Of a stretch of DNA of 39,966 nucleotides, positions 27,609 through 39,966 are shown in pieces. The stretch's first letter is position 1, and each line of letters opens with the position of its first letter. This stretch comes from Magnetospirillum sp. (lineage in GTDB: Bacteria > Pseudomonadota > Alphaproteobacteria > Rhodospirillales > Magnetospirillaceae): assembly GCA_016195125.1 (NCBI GenBank), contig JACQAD010000083.1:1-39966 (forward strand), written 5' to 3'. Under the pieces are notes generated by a model, which was given only the letters and a program-made list of their open reading frames with translations, ran no database searches and was not told the origin of the DNA. A program made the translations under genes and the position numbers.

Positions 27609-28483
27609 GATTCCGGGTCCGCCATCGCACCACCTACAAATACACCGAGCCGGTACAGCTGTCCCACCACGCCGCCCATCTGCGCCCGCGCGAGGTGGAC
27701 GGCCAGCAGATCACCAAGGTCGCCGTCACCATCCGTCCCGAGCCGGCGGTGCTCCACGATGGCGGCCAGGATTATTTCGGCAATCCCACCACCTTCTTCA
27801 CCATCCAGGCGCCCCACTCCACCCTGGAGATCGAATCCACCTTCCTGGTCGATACCAACCAACAGCCGCCCCTGCCGCAATTGGCGGTGCCGGCCTGGGA
27901 TTCCGTGCGGCTGGACACTTGGCCGGGCGGACGCGGCCTGGATGAATCGGTGATGGATTACGTCTTCGCCTCGCCCCAGGTGCCCGTGCTGGAAGAGGCC
28001 GCCGAATTTGCCCGGCCCAGCTTCCCTCCCGGACGGCCTCTGACCGAGGCGCTGGTGGATCTGACCCGCCGCATTTTCCAGGAATTCGACTTCGACCCCG
28101 AGGCCACCAGCGTCGGCACGCCGCTGCTGACCGTCTTCGAGGAGCGCAAGGGCGTCTGTCAGGACTTCGCCCATGTGGGCATCGCCTGCGCCCGGGCCAT
28201 GGGGCTGGCGGCCCGCTATGTCAGCGGCTATATCCGCACCATCGCACCGCCGGGCAAGGAGAAGATGGTGGGTGCCGACGCCTCCCATGCCTGGCTGTCG
28301 GTGTACCAGCCCGGCTGGGGCTGGCTGGACCTCGACCCCACCAACAACATGGTGGCGGGCCAGGACCACATCGTGGTCGCCTGGGGCCGCGATTACGACG
28401 ATGTCAGCCCCATCCGGGGCGTGGTTCTGGGCGGCGGCGACCACCAGGTTCACGTGGCCGTGGACGTGGTCGAGTCCATCTGA
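27605..28483 (+). CDS. Bacterial transglutaminase-like protein
   Basis: MRFRVRHRTTYKY N-domain; GVCQDFAH, SHAW, DPTNN, WGRDY.DVSP. ATGA overlap with the upstream gene at 27605. Confidence 0.93.
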   Translation: MRFRVRHRTTYKYTEPVQLSHHAAHLRPREVDGQQITKVAVTIRPEPAVLHDGGQDYFGNPTTFFTIQAPHSTLEIESTFLVDTNQQPPLPQLAVPAWDSVRLDTWPGGRGLDESVMDYVFASPQVPVLEEAAEFARPSFPPGRPLTEALVDLTRRIFQEFDFDPEATSVGTPLLTVFEERKGVCQDFAHVGIACARAMGLAARYVSGYIRTIAPPGKEKMVGADASHAWLSVYQPGWGWLDLDPTNNMVAGQDHIVVAWGRDYDDVSPIRGVVLGGGDHQVHVAVDVVESI

Positions 28484-28509
28484 CGGTCACCAGAGACCGT
28501 GCAGACTGG

Positions 28510-28803
28510 CTAATGCCCGTTGCGGGCCATGCGGTCGCGGAACTTCACCGGCGTGGTGATGCGACGATAGGCGGCGTCCTGGAAGCCCTTGCTCCAGCGT
28601 TCGCGCTCCGCGACACCCTCGTGCGGGTTGAGGCTGCCGGACAATTCCGTGATTTCCGACATTTCGTCGGCGGCGCATTTGCGGCCGGCGCTCCAGCCGC
28701 TGGCATAGATGCGGCTGAGTTCAAAGGGCGTGCTTTCCGTCATCAAGTCTGCACCGTGATCGGGAGAGAGGGAACGTCCGCCTATATATGGGGACGATTC
28801 CAT
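28510..28803 (-). CDS. Small hypothetical protein, possibly RMF-like fold
   Basis: Pattern Y-A-S-G-W-S-A-G ... N-P-H ... R-E-R-W-S-K-G-F resembles ribosome modulation factor-like proteins. Start is ATG 28803 (purine-rich SD) or ATG 28743. Confidence 0.55.
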   Translation of the reverse strand: MESSPYIGGRSLSPDHGADLMTESTPFELSRIYASGWSAGRKCAADEMSEITELSGSLNPHEGVAERERWSKGFQDAAYRRITTPVKFRDRMARNGH

Positions 28804-28847
28804 CAATTGCGCCCCCCTCTCCCCCGATAAATCCCCCCGGCGGGAAT

Positions 28848-29078
28848 TCAGCGCGGGCCGCAGCGGCGATGCTGATGGCCGCGGGCCTCTTCCTCGGCGG
28901 CGCAATAGCTGCAATGGCGCGCGCGGGGATTGGCGTCGAGGCGCTCCGGCTCGATGATGTCGAAGCAGGACTTGCACACACCACTGGACAGTGGACCCGA
29001 CAGGCGGGACAAGACTGCATTCAGGGCAACCTGATTAAAGCTTTCGACCCGTTCGGCGGCGCAATCGATATCGTCCAA
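28848..29078 (-). CDS. TraR/DksA-family C4 zinc-finger protein (TraR-sized, 76 aa)
   Basis: TTG at 29078 follows the SD GGAGGT, giving MDDIDCA (DxxDxA) at the N-terminus and CKSC-x17-CSYC with I.PERL.A.P. Confidence 0.8.
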   Translation of the reverse strand: MDDIDCAAERVESFNQVALNAVLSRLSGPLSSGVCKSCFDIIEPERLDANPRARHCSYCAAEEEARGHQHRRCGPR

Positions 29079-29298
29079 CTGGACCTCCACAGAAGTAGAA
29101 ATTGGCAGCTCATGCTGTGAAACTTCCTGGAATATGTACAATGACGACTTCATTGCAGTTTCAGTCATGCGGGTATTCACCTAAATTATCACGCTCCTGT
29201 CATCCAACATTCACCCAACGTTAACCACCGCCCTTACCAACCCTCATCATAATCCGCCGTCTGGGGGATGGGGTATTTGACTCTGCGCGGTGTGACAG

Positions 29299-31779
29299 AT
29301 GACCGAAACCATTGAAGCCACCTATTCCGACAACCTGGACGCCGCGGCTCCCCGCATGCCTTGGGCGGGTCTGGCGGCCAAGGTCGGCCGGTTGCGGCAT
29401 GACTTGCCGCAATGGTGGGCCAATGGTGACGTTCCCTGGTTCCGCGACATCAGCATCCAGGCCCGCTTCACCCTGCTGATCGGCATGGTGGCGGCGGTGG
29501 GCGTGCTGGTGGGCAGTGTCTACGGCTTGGGCGAGCACCGGATCACCGGCGCCATCGAGGATCAGGCCGAATATCAGCGCCTGTGGGAGATGTCCAACAA
29601 CATCCGCGCCGGCGCCCTGACCATGCAGACGGCCGCCAACGGCCTGACCGCCGAGCGCCAGCGCCGGTTCATCGATGATTTCGACGCCCAGGCCCAGGCG
29701 GTCAACATCGCCCTTTCCGGCATCAGATCATCGCCGGTGGCGGCCACCCACGGTGGTGAGATCGCCGGTCTGGAACAGGCGGTGACCGAGGTTGCCACCC
29801 AGTTCAAGTCACTGTCCGAGATCACCCTGGCCCTCGGCCTGACCGAAAGCGACGGGTTGCGCGGCAAGCTCAAATCCTCGGTGAAGGCCATCGAGGACGA
29901 GTTGAAGATGTGGCCCAATACCGACGATCTCAAGGCCCGGATGCTCCGCCTGCGCGAAGCCGAAAAGGATTTCATGCTCTACCAGGACGAGTCCTTCCTG
30001 GGCAAAAGCAAGGGTCAGGCCCTGCAATTCGACATCGGCATCGATTCGGCGGCCCTGCCCAATTCCACCAAGGACGATTTCCGCGCCATGGCGACCCGCT
30101 ATTCCGCCGATATGGCCGCCTATGGCAGTGCCCATCTGGAACAGCAGGCCCGCATCGCCAAGCTGCGGACCCTGTTCGCGGCCCTGCAGCCGCGCATCCA
30201 CGACTTCGCCGCCATGGCCCATGACGGCATGAACGAGGCCAATCAACGGCAGAACCGCACCCGCAGCCAGGTCGGAATGCTGATCGCCCTGGTCAGCGTC
30301 TGCGCATTGCTGAGCGTGCTGCTGGTGGGGTCGCTGTCGGCGCGCTCCATCGGGCGGCCGGTGCTGATGATGGAACTGGCCATGAACCGTCTGGCCGGCG
30401 GCGACCTTCTGGTGGACATTCCCGGCATTCACCGCACCGACGAAGTGGGGTTGATGGCCAAGGCGGTGCGGGTCTTCCGCGACAATGCCCTGACCATGGA
30501 GGAATTGCGCGTCCGCCAGGACGCCGAACGCACCGCCAAGGAATTGCGCAGCCGCAAGCTGGACGCTCTCATCGGCCAATTCGATTCCGACGTGGCCGCC
30601 ATTATCGGGTCGGTCGCCCATTCCGCCAGCGGCGCCGAAGCCACCGCCCGCGAGATGGACAGTTTCGCCACCCAGACGGTTTCCCAGATGGAATCCGTGG
30701 ATCAATCCTCGGGGGCGGCGACGGCCATGGCCGCCGCCGCCGAGGAATTGGCCTTTTCCATCGAGGAAATATCCGCCCGGGTCAACGAAGCCTCGCAAGT
30801 CGCCGTCAAGGCCGCCGAGACCGCCATCCGCACCGACGGCATCGTCCAATCCCTGTTCGAGGCCTCCAGCCGCATCGGCACGGTGGTGACCTTCATCCAG
30901 ACCATCGCCTCCCAGACCCGCCTGCTGGCCCTTAACGCCACCATCGAGGCGGCGCGGGCCGGCGAGCATGGTCACGGCTTCACGGTGGTCGCCAACGAGG
31001 TCAAGCAACTGGCCGACAAGACCACCACCGCCACCGACGACATCGCCCGGCAGATCGCCGAAGTGCAGAGCGCCGGCCAGGCGGCGGTCATCGCCATCCG
31101 CGAGATCACCAGCTCGGTGGAGCACGTCAACGAGATTTCCAGCTCCATCGCCGCCGCCGTCGAGCAGCAGGGCGCCGCCACCCAGGAGATCGCCCGCTCG
31201 GCCCAGGAAGCCGCCCAGGGCACCACCATGGTCGCCTCCTCCATCAACTGGGTGGTCAAGGAAGCGGCCCAGATGCGGGGCTCGGCTTCGGCCATGCTGG
31301 ACGGCTCGGTCCAGCTGACCGGCCAGTCGGAGATCCTGCGGGCCGTGGTGGATAATTTCCTGATGGGTGTCCATGACGGCGCCCCCACCTTGAAATGGGG
31401 CGACAATTGGTTGACCGGTCACCCGACCATCGATTCCGACCACCAGAAGCTGGTGGCCTATGTCAACGAGCTCAGCGACGCCATGATGCATTCCAAGGGC
31501 AATTCCGTACTGGGCGACATCTTGGACAAGCTGGCCGCCTATGTGGCCGAGCACTTCGCCCGCGAAGAGCGCATCTGGGCGGAGGCCGGCCTCGCCAGCC
31601 TGGACCGGCATCGGCAAGCCCATGCGGCCCTGGCCGGCAAGGTCGTGGCGTTCACCGAGGATTTCCGCCACGGCAAGGCCGCCCTGTCCATGGATATGCT
31701 GTCCTTCCTGCGTGACTGGCTGATGGACCACGTCTTCAAGACCGACAAGGTCGCCGTCGCCGCCCTCCGCCAGTCCTGA
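29299..31779 (+). CDS. Methyl-accepting chemotaxis protein (2 TM, periplasmic helical sensor, HAMP, signalling domain) with C-terminal hemerythrin
   Basis: Two TM segments; HAMP RTDEVGLMA; LLALNATIEAARAGE.G.GF.VVA.EVK.LA; hemerythrin ligands intact (IDSDH, HFAREE, HRQAH, HVFKTD). Confidence 0.93.
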   Translation: MTETIEATYSDNLDAAAPRMPWAGLAAKVGRLRHDLPQWWANGDVPWFRDISIQARFTLLIGMVAAVGVLVGSVYGLGEHRITGAIEDQAEYQRLWEMSNNIRAGALTMQTAANGLTAERQRRFIDDFDAQAQAVNIALSGIRSSPVAATHGGEIAGLEQAVTEVATQFKSLSEITLALGLTESDGLRGKLKSSVKAIEDELKMWPNTDDLKARMLRLREAEKDFMLYQDESFLGKSKGQALQFDIGIDSAALPNSTKDDFRAMATRYSADMAAYGSAHLEQQARIAKLRTLFAALQPRIHDFAAMAHDGMNEANQRQNRTRSQVGMLIALVSVCALLSVLLVGSLSARSIGRPVLMMELAMNRLAGGDLLVDIPGIHRTDEVGLMAKAVRVFRDNALTMEELRVRQDAERTAKELRSRKLDALIGQFDSDVAAIIGSVAHSASGAEATAREMDSFATQTVSQMESVDQSSGAATAMAAAAEELAFSIEEISARVNEASQVAVKAAETAIRTDGIVQSLFEASSRIGTVVTFIQTIASQTRLLALNATIEAARAGEHGHGFTVVANEVKQLADKTTTATDDIARQIAEVQSAGQAAVIAIREITSSVEHVNEISSSIAAAVEQQGAATQEIARSAQEAAQGTTMVASSINWVVKEAAQMRGSASAMLDGSVQLTGQSEILRAVVDNFLMGVHDGAPTLKWGDNWLTGHPTIDSDHQKLVAYVNELSDAMMHSKGNSVLGDILDKLAAYVAEHFAREERIWAEAGLASLDRHRQAHAALAGKVVAFTEDFRHGKAALSMDMLSFLRDWLMDHVFKTDKVAVAALRQS

Positions 31780-31784
31780 CAACA

Positions 31785-31859
31785 GCCCTTGCGCATAGGG
31801 CGTGGCGGGAAGGATCGGCTTTGACCGATCGGGTCAAGGCGAGGGCCGGTGCAGCCCTC
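31785..31859. terminator. Cluster of short hairpins between convergent genes (possible terminator)
   Basis: GCCCT-N7-AGGGC (31785-31801), TTGACC-N5-GGTCAA (31821-31837), GAGGGC-N7-GCCCTC (31841-31859); no clear poly-U tract. Confidence 0.35.
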
Positions 31860-31920
31860 CTCACCCCCGCAGCGGGACTTCATGCCCGAAGCATTGCCCG
31901 GCGATCGACGCCCGACCCGG

Positions 31921-33258
31921 TCAACGTTCGTGCAGGGCGGAATCGGCGGCACCGATGAATGGTTCCAGAACATAAGCCAGGACCGTGCGCTCGCCGGTAT
32001 GGATGGTGGCGATCACCTGCATGCCGGGATAGAGGCGATAGCGGCTCTTACCGTGCTGGAAGTGGTCGCTTTCGGTCTCGATGCGCACCTTGTAGAAGGT
32101 GGCCCCCTTGTCGGTAATGGTGGTGTCGGGACCGATATGGACCACATTGCCGGCGATGGTGCCGAAGCGTACCGCATCCGAGGAGGCCAGCTTGATCTTG
32201 GCCGGCTGCCCGATCGAAACATAGCCGATGTCGAAATTGGGCAGGCGAGCCTCGATAATCAGCCGGTCGCCGGCCGGCACCAGATCCACCACGGTCCCGC
32301 CGGGCTTGACCACCCCGCCCCTGGTGACGACGTAGAGGGTCTTGACGACCCCGTCCACCGGGGAGCGAATGATGGTGCGCTCCAGATTGTCGCTGACCTT
32401 GCTGAAACGCTGGTTCAACTCGTCCAGGTCGCGACGGGTCGAGGTCATCTGTTCGACCACTTCCTGGCGATAGGATTGACGGGCGGTCTCGATCTGGGCG
32501 CGGGCCTCCTTGATGGCGGCATGGGTGCGCAGGGCCACCGCCTCGTCCTCGTCGATGCGCGAGCGCAGGGCCGAAAGGTCGCGCAGCAACGCCAGGTGGG
32601 TATAGCGGCTGGACAGCCCCTCCTTGACCAGGGAATCGCTGATCCGCACCTGTTCCTGGAGATGGCCGATGGTGTTGCGGGAATTGCGCAGCCGGGCCTC
32701 GACCTCGTTGGCCGATTGCTCGCGCTGACTGAGCGCCTCCCGCAGCCCGCCCAGGGTGGAGATCAGCCGGGCCCGCCGGCTTTGGAACAGGCTTGCCGCC
32801 GCGTCCACCAACTCGGGATGGGATTGGCGGGCATCGGCGGGAAAGTTGGGTTCGGCCCGCTCCTCGGCTTCCGCCTCCAGCCGCGCCAGAGTCAGTTGCA
32901 GGGTCGCCATGCGGATGGACATCTCGTTGAAATCGGCGCCGCTGGCCGTGGATTGCAGCACCACCAGCGGCTGATCGCGGGCAACGCTTTCGCCCTCGCG
33001 CACCATGATGTCCGAGACGATGCCGCCCTCCAGGTGCTGGACCGATTTCAGCTGGCTGAAGGGGATAACCTCGCCGCTGGCCTGGCTGACCACGTCCAGC
33101 GTGCCGAAATAAGCCCAGACCACCGCGCCGAGCACCAGCAGCGTCCCGCACAGCAGGAAGAGGTGAGTGCCCAGACTGACCGGGTCGGCCTCGTCCTCGG
33201 GATTCTCGGGGGGAGGACCGGCCAGACGGGCCAGGAGACGTGACCAGCGCTCAAGCAT
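31921..33258 (-). CDS. HlyD-family type I secretion membrane fusion protein
   Basis: Single N-terminal TM, VQHLEGGIV, coiled coil, IRSPVDGVV, GGVVKPG, LYPGMQ...IHTGERT. ATG 33258 overlaps the ABC gene end. Confidence 0.93.
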   Translation of the reverse strand: MLERWSRLLARLAGPPPENPEDEADPVSLGTHLFLLCGTLLVLGAVVWAYFGTLDVVSQASGEVIPFSQLKSVQHLEGGIVSDIMVREGESVARDQPLVVLQSTASGADFNEMSIRMATLQLTLARLEAEAEERAEPNFPADARQSHPELVDAAASLFQSRRARLISTLGGLREALSQREQSANEVEARLRNSRNTIGHLQEQVRISDSLVKEGLSSRYTHLALLRDLSALRSRIDEDEAVALRTHAAIKEARAQIETARQSYRQEVVEQMTSTRRDLDELNQRFSKVSDNLERTIIRSPVDGVVKTLYVVTRGGVVKPGGTVVDLVPAGDRLIIEARLPNFDIGYVSIGQPAKIKLASSDAVRFGTIAGNVVHIGPDTTITDKGATFYKVRIETESDHFQHGKSRYRLYPGMQVIATIHTGERTVLAYVLEPFIGAADSALHER

Positions 33259-34921
33259 GGGCGGCCTCGCGCTGGATCGGGCCGGCCAGGGCCGGCACGG
33301 GCTTGACGCCCAGGTCGAGCATATAGGTGGCGCCGCACAGCAGCATGGGATCATGGGAGATCACGATGATGGTGGCGCCGCTGGCCAGCAGGGTGTTCAT
33401 GGCATCGTAGACAGCCGCCCGCCCCTCGGCATCCAGGGATTCGGTGGGCTCGTCGAACACCACGAAGCGGCCGCCCGAGGCCAGGGCTCGGGCCAGGGCC
33501 ACCCGGCGCCGCACTCCCAGGGCCAGGTTGCGCCCGCCATTGGCGATGGGAGTGCCGATGCCGTCCACCGAAGTGTCCAGCCAGGGCCGCAGCCCGGCAA
33601 GGCGCAGCACCCGGTTGCGCCCCTCCTCGTCCAGGCTTGGATTGGCGGATCTGACCGCCTCCTCGATGGTCCCGTCCAGCAATTCCGGCTCCTGGGGCAG
33701 ATAGGCAACCTGCTTGCGCCACCATTCCATGGACAATTGCCGCAATTCCACACCATCCACCAGGATCTGCCCACGGATGGGCTCGATCAGGCCCAGCAGC
33801 AGGCGAGCCAGAGTGGTCTTGCCGCTGCCATTGGGGCCGGACACCGCCAGCACCTGCCCCGGCTCCAGATGCACCGACAGGTGCTCGGCCAGGGGGCCGG
33901 TGGAGCCGGGATGGGCGAAGGCCACGTCCACCAGTTCCAGCCGCCCGCTGACGGCCTTCAGGGCCATGCCCGCCTGCTGCTCGCGGGGCAGGCGCATCAA
34001 ATCGGCGACCCGGCGCAGGGCCAGATCGGCACGGGCGAACATCTCGGCCAGACCGGCCATGCGGTTGATGGGCCCCAGCGCCCTTGCCGCCAGGATATTG
34101 GCGCCCACCAGCCCGCCGATGGACATCTCGCCCTTGACCGCCAGCACCGCCCCGACGGTGACGATGGCGATGCCTTGCAGAACCCCCACGGTCTGGGTCA
34201 CCGATTGCACCAGGTTCTGCCGCTCGCCCAGACGGCGCCGCGCCGCCAGCACCCGGGCGCGGGCCTTGCGCCACAGGGCGATGGTATGCCCGGCGGCGTT
34301 GAAGGCCCGGAGCGCGTCGGCGCTGTGGATGGCGGCCCCCAGTGCGGCCTGGGCCTGGGTCTCGCCCTCGCCCGCCAGCCGCGCCGGCTCCTTCAGCATG
34401 GCTTCACCGACGATGATGGTGGCGATGGAGATCAGCATGAACATCAGCGCCAGAACCGCCAGCACGGGGCTGAGGCAGCCCAGGGCGATCAGGGTCACCA
34501 CGGCGAAGGGCAGGTCCAGGACGGCGCAGAGATTGGCCGGGGTCAAGACACGGTCCACCAGATCGAGGCCGCGCATGATGTCTTGCAGCAAACCCGGCGG
34601 CAGCCGGTCAAGCACCGCCACCCGGGCCTGGGCCAGGGCGGAGAAAGCGCTGTCGCCGCGCAGGGCTTCGGCCGGACCGGTAATGGCCCCGGCCAGACGG
34701 ATGCGCGCCTCGCGGAACCCGAATTCCAGCGCCGCCGCCAGCAACACCCCACCGGTCAGGGTGGCCAGGGTGGCGTCGACGCCATAGGGGACATAGCGGT
34801 TGAGGACCAGCATCACGAACAGGGTGCTGGCCAAGCCCAGCAGGTTGATCAGCAGCGAGGCGACCACCAGTTCGGCGAGGATCAGGGGATGATCGAACAG
34901 ACGGCGGAAAAGCGCGTTCAT
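33251..34921 (-). CDS. Type I secretion ABC transporter (TMD + NBD, no C39 domain), degenerate signature
   Basis: INLLGLA..LFVMLVLNR TMD start; Walker A GPNGSGKT; Q-loop YLPQ; LALGV in place of LSGGQ; Walker B FDEPT; ISHD. Confidence 0.92.
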   Translation of the reverse strand: MNALFRRLFDHPLILAELVVASLLINLLGLASTLFVMLVLNRYVPYGVDATLATLTGGVLLAAALEFGFREARIRLAGAITGPAEALRGDSAFSALAQARVAVLDRLPPGLLQDIMRGLDLVDRVLTPANLCAVLDLPFAVVTLIALGCLSPVLAVLALMFMLISIATIIVGEAMLKEPARLAGEGETQAQAALGAAIHSADALRAFNAAGHTIALWRKARARVLAARRRLGERQNLVQSVTQTVGVLQGIAIVTVGAVLAVKGEMSIGGLVGANILAARALGPINRMAGLAEMFARADLALRRVADLMRLPREQQAGMALKAVSGRLELVDVAFAHPGSTGPLAEHLSVHLEPGQVLAVSGPNGSGKTTLARLLLGLIEPIRGQILVDGVELRQLSMEWWRKQVAYLPQEPELLDGTIEEAVRSANPSLDEEGRNRVLRLAGLRPWLDTSVDGIGTPIANGGRNLALGVRRRVALARALASGGRFVVFDEPTESLDAEGRAAVYDAMNTLLASGATIIVISHDPMLLCGATYMLDLGVKPVPALAGPIQREAAHA

Positions 34922-34957
34922 GGCTCTCTCCCGCCGTCCTGGGACGGTTCCGGGGGC

Positions 34958-36250
34958 TTAACGGACGAAGGCCGGATCAAGACTGCCGGTCACCGCCAAG
35001 ACCGTATAAGCGGCGATGACCACGTCAGCCTCGGCCGAGGCGGCCTGGCTTTGGGCATTGATCAGCGCGGTCTCGCCGGCCAGCACATCGATCAGCGAGC
35101 GATTGCCCAGCTGACGCTCCTTGCGGGCCAGGGTCAGGAACTCGTTGGCCAGCACCGCCTGATTGCGCAGGGTTTCGGCGCGGGCGCGCTGGTGGATGTA
35201 ATTCTCCCAGGCGTTGCCCACCTGCTCTTCCAGCTGGTCACGGGTGTCGGCCAGCCGACGGTCGGCGGACACCATGGAACTGTCGGCGGCCTTCAGGCTG
35301 TTGATGGCGGTAAAGCCCAGGTTGAAGGGCAGCGACACTTCGACCTTGGCCACCATCTCCTGCTGCGTCCCCAAGGTTCCCGCGACGTTGCGCTTGTTCT
35401 TGGCTTCGCCCACCAGTTCGACCTTGGGAAAGAAGGCGGAGGCCCGCGTGGCCTCGCGCTGGCTCTTGGCGGCTTCCACCACGTAGCCGGCGGCCTGAAC
35501 CGAGGGACTGTTGGAGCGGGCCGCCGCCAGGGCCTCGGCATGGCTGGCCGGAAGGCGGTCGCGCGGCACCTTGGGCATCACCATGGTCTGGGCGTTTTCC
35601 ATGGATTTGTTGAAGATGTTGCGGAAACGGTTCTGAGCCTGGGCCTGGGCGAATTCCGCCTGAACCCGCGCCGCCTCGGCCCCGGACAATTGAGCCTTGG
35701 CCTGGAGCACGTCCGAGGACAGGCCCGAGCCCAGACTGACCTTAGCCTCTTCCAGGCCGGTCTGCCGACGGATATTGGCTTCGGATTCGCGGGCAAAGGC
35801 CAGCTGCTTGATGGCCCGGACCAGATTGGAATAGGCCGAGACGCCCTCCAGCATCAGGCCCTGGCGCACCGCCTCGCGGATCGCTTCCGACTGCTTGTGG
35901 GTCGCGCTGGCACGGTCGATCCCCGCATCCACGGCTCCGAAATCCCACAGCAATTGCTTCAAGGAGGCGACGTATTCGTTGCGATAGGCGGAGGTGTCCT
36001 CGGACCCGGAGGGCTTGTTGTAGTGCTCGTAGCCGTAATTGACCGTCGGCGTCAGCGTCGGAAACCAGCCCCCGCGCGCCACTTCGACCAGATTACGGGA
36101 TCCCTCCACATCGGCGGCGGCGGCGGCCATGCGTTGGTTGGACGACAGCATGTCGGTGACCAGCTGATGCAGATCGTCGGCCCGTCCAGGCGAAGCCAAC
36201 CCCAGGCAACCCAACGTAACAGCCAATACCAGCCGGCCTCGGACGAACAT
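34958..36250 (-). CDS. TolC-family outer membrane efflux protein
   Basis: Signal peptide, duplicated OEP pattern (ARGGWFP / RASAFFP), QLLWDFG, G.RSLIDVL. Confidence 0.9.
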   Translation of the reverse strand: MFVRGRLVLAVTLGCLGLASPGRADDLHQLVTDMLSSNQRMAAAAADVEGSRNLVEVARGGWFPTLTPTVNYGYEHYNKPSGSEDTSAYRNEYVASLKQLLWDFGAVDAGIDRASATHKQSEAIREAVRQGLMLEGVSAYSNLVRAIKQLAFARESEANIRRQTGLEEAKVSLGSGLSSDVLQAKAQLSGAEAARVQAEFAQAQAQNRFRNIFNKSMENAQTMVMPKVPRDRLPASHAEALAAARSNSPSVQAAGYVVEAAKSQREATRASAFFPKVELVGEAKNKRNVAGTLGTQQEMVAKVEVSLPFNLGFTAINSLKAADSSMVSADRRLADTRDQLEEQVGNAWENYIHQRARAETLRNQAVLANEFLTLARKERQLGNRSLIDVLAGETALINAQSQAASAEADVVIAAYTVLAVTGSLDPAFVR

Positions 36251-36360
36251 ACTTACCCCCTTCGTATCAGAACATTGGCATGTTATAGTCTTGAGGTTGA
36301 ATTTGCCAGAGCTAGTTGCCTCAATTGCAACTAATTCTTATGATATAGGGGGAGGGCGCC

Positions 36361-39966
<3,606 letters not shown>

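Noticed and set aside
29079-29180. Longer 110-aa version of the TraR/DksA ORF
   Set aside because: The strong SD before TTG 29078 puts DxxDxA at the N-terminus as in TraR; the extension is AT-rich and UTR-like.

Overview
High-GC, densely coding window. It looks like Rhodospirillales (Magnetospirillum-like; this is inferred from gene content, not proven). From left to right it holds: (1) a partial OlsB-like GNAT acyltransferase, a small membrane-anchored orphan, msrA, a single-domain hemerythrin and a CheX-like gene; (2) a minus-strand three-gene operon encoding a small Gly/Phe-repeat acidic-tail protein, a single-module type I PKS (KS-AT-DH-KR-ACP-TE) whose thioesterase has a Cys nucleophile (GHCLG), and a patatin-fold protein lacking the canonical Ser/Asp catalytic motifs; (3) a divergent signalling operon encoding a ~1960-aa pseudo-Ser/Thr kinase-STAND ATPase-GAF-PAS-Hpt-CheA-type kinase, a CheX-receiver fusion, a PAS-GGDEF diguanylate cyclase and a TRIC/UPF0126 membrane protein; (4) a five-gene cluster of circularly permuted ATP-grasp, alpha-E, transglutaminase and DUF2126 genes; (5) a TraR-like/RMF-like small-gene pair; (6) an MCP with a C-terminal hemerythrin; (7) a type I secretion system divergent from a large FecR-like/RTX/FG-GAP protein that runs off the window end. 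The best candidate for an undescribed system is the small protein + Cys-TE PKS + pseudo-patatin operon, together with its divergent STAND-CheA signalling operon. No rRNA, tRNA, CRISPR array or mobile element was seen. All family calls come from motifs recognised by eye; no searches were run.
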